From positions 44,174,879-44,238,878 of the forward strand of contig NC_068994.1 of the NCBI RefSeq assembly GCF_001194135.2: a stretch of 64,000 bases of DNA, in the 5' to 3' direction. Numbering within the stretch: position 1 is the stretch's first letter; every line of letters starts with the position of its first letter. Under the pieces are notes generated by a model. It was given only the letters and a program-made list of their open reading frames with translations, ran no database searches and had not been told where the DNA came from. This DNA is from Octopus bimaculoides (taxonomy: Eukaryota). The position numbers were made by a program, and so were the translations under genes. Below are positions 63,897-64,000 of this stretch, in pieces.

Positions 63897-64000
63897 GGTG
63901 TATAAGGAAGTTTGATTCCACTGCCCTCCTCCACACTTCATGTCAGGCTGTTGGTTCATCTGGTATTGTGGAGAGGAAGATGTCTAGTTCCTTTCTGAAG

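Overview
AT-rich eukaryotic genomic DNA from a gapped draft assembly. The extreme (TA)n/(CA)n/(CAT)n microsatellite load, the tRNA-derived SINE families and the RTE-LINE remnants point to a cephalopod, probably Octopus (inference). About half the window is microsatellite, N-gap or short retroelement. I see at least four recurring SINE families (named A-D here by sequence), many 3' remnants of an RTE-clade LINE, hAT- and piggyBac-like MITEs, and three minisatellites. Almost every ORF in the supplied track is a microsatellite or N-gap artefact. The only credible host-gene signal is a chain of short GT-AG exon candidates on the + strand (about 15-53 kb). Four of them join in phase into a peptide with a BRCT-like C-terminal motif; the gene is not identified. 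The most notable structures are: a Penelope-type minimal hammerhead ribozyme motif (633-669, -); a 131-bp near-perfect palindrome (10224-10354); a head-to-head SINE pair about 96% identical (56165-56790); a stand-alone tRNA-like gene with a Pol III terminator (24878-24966); and a SINE-in-SINE junction that recurs at the same base at two loci. I found no CRISPR array, no rRNA, no intact transposase or RT, and no clear novel multi-gene system. Repeat boundaries were set by eye and may be off by tens of bases.
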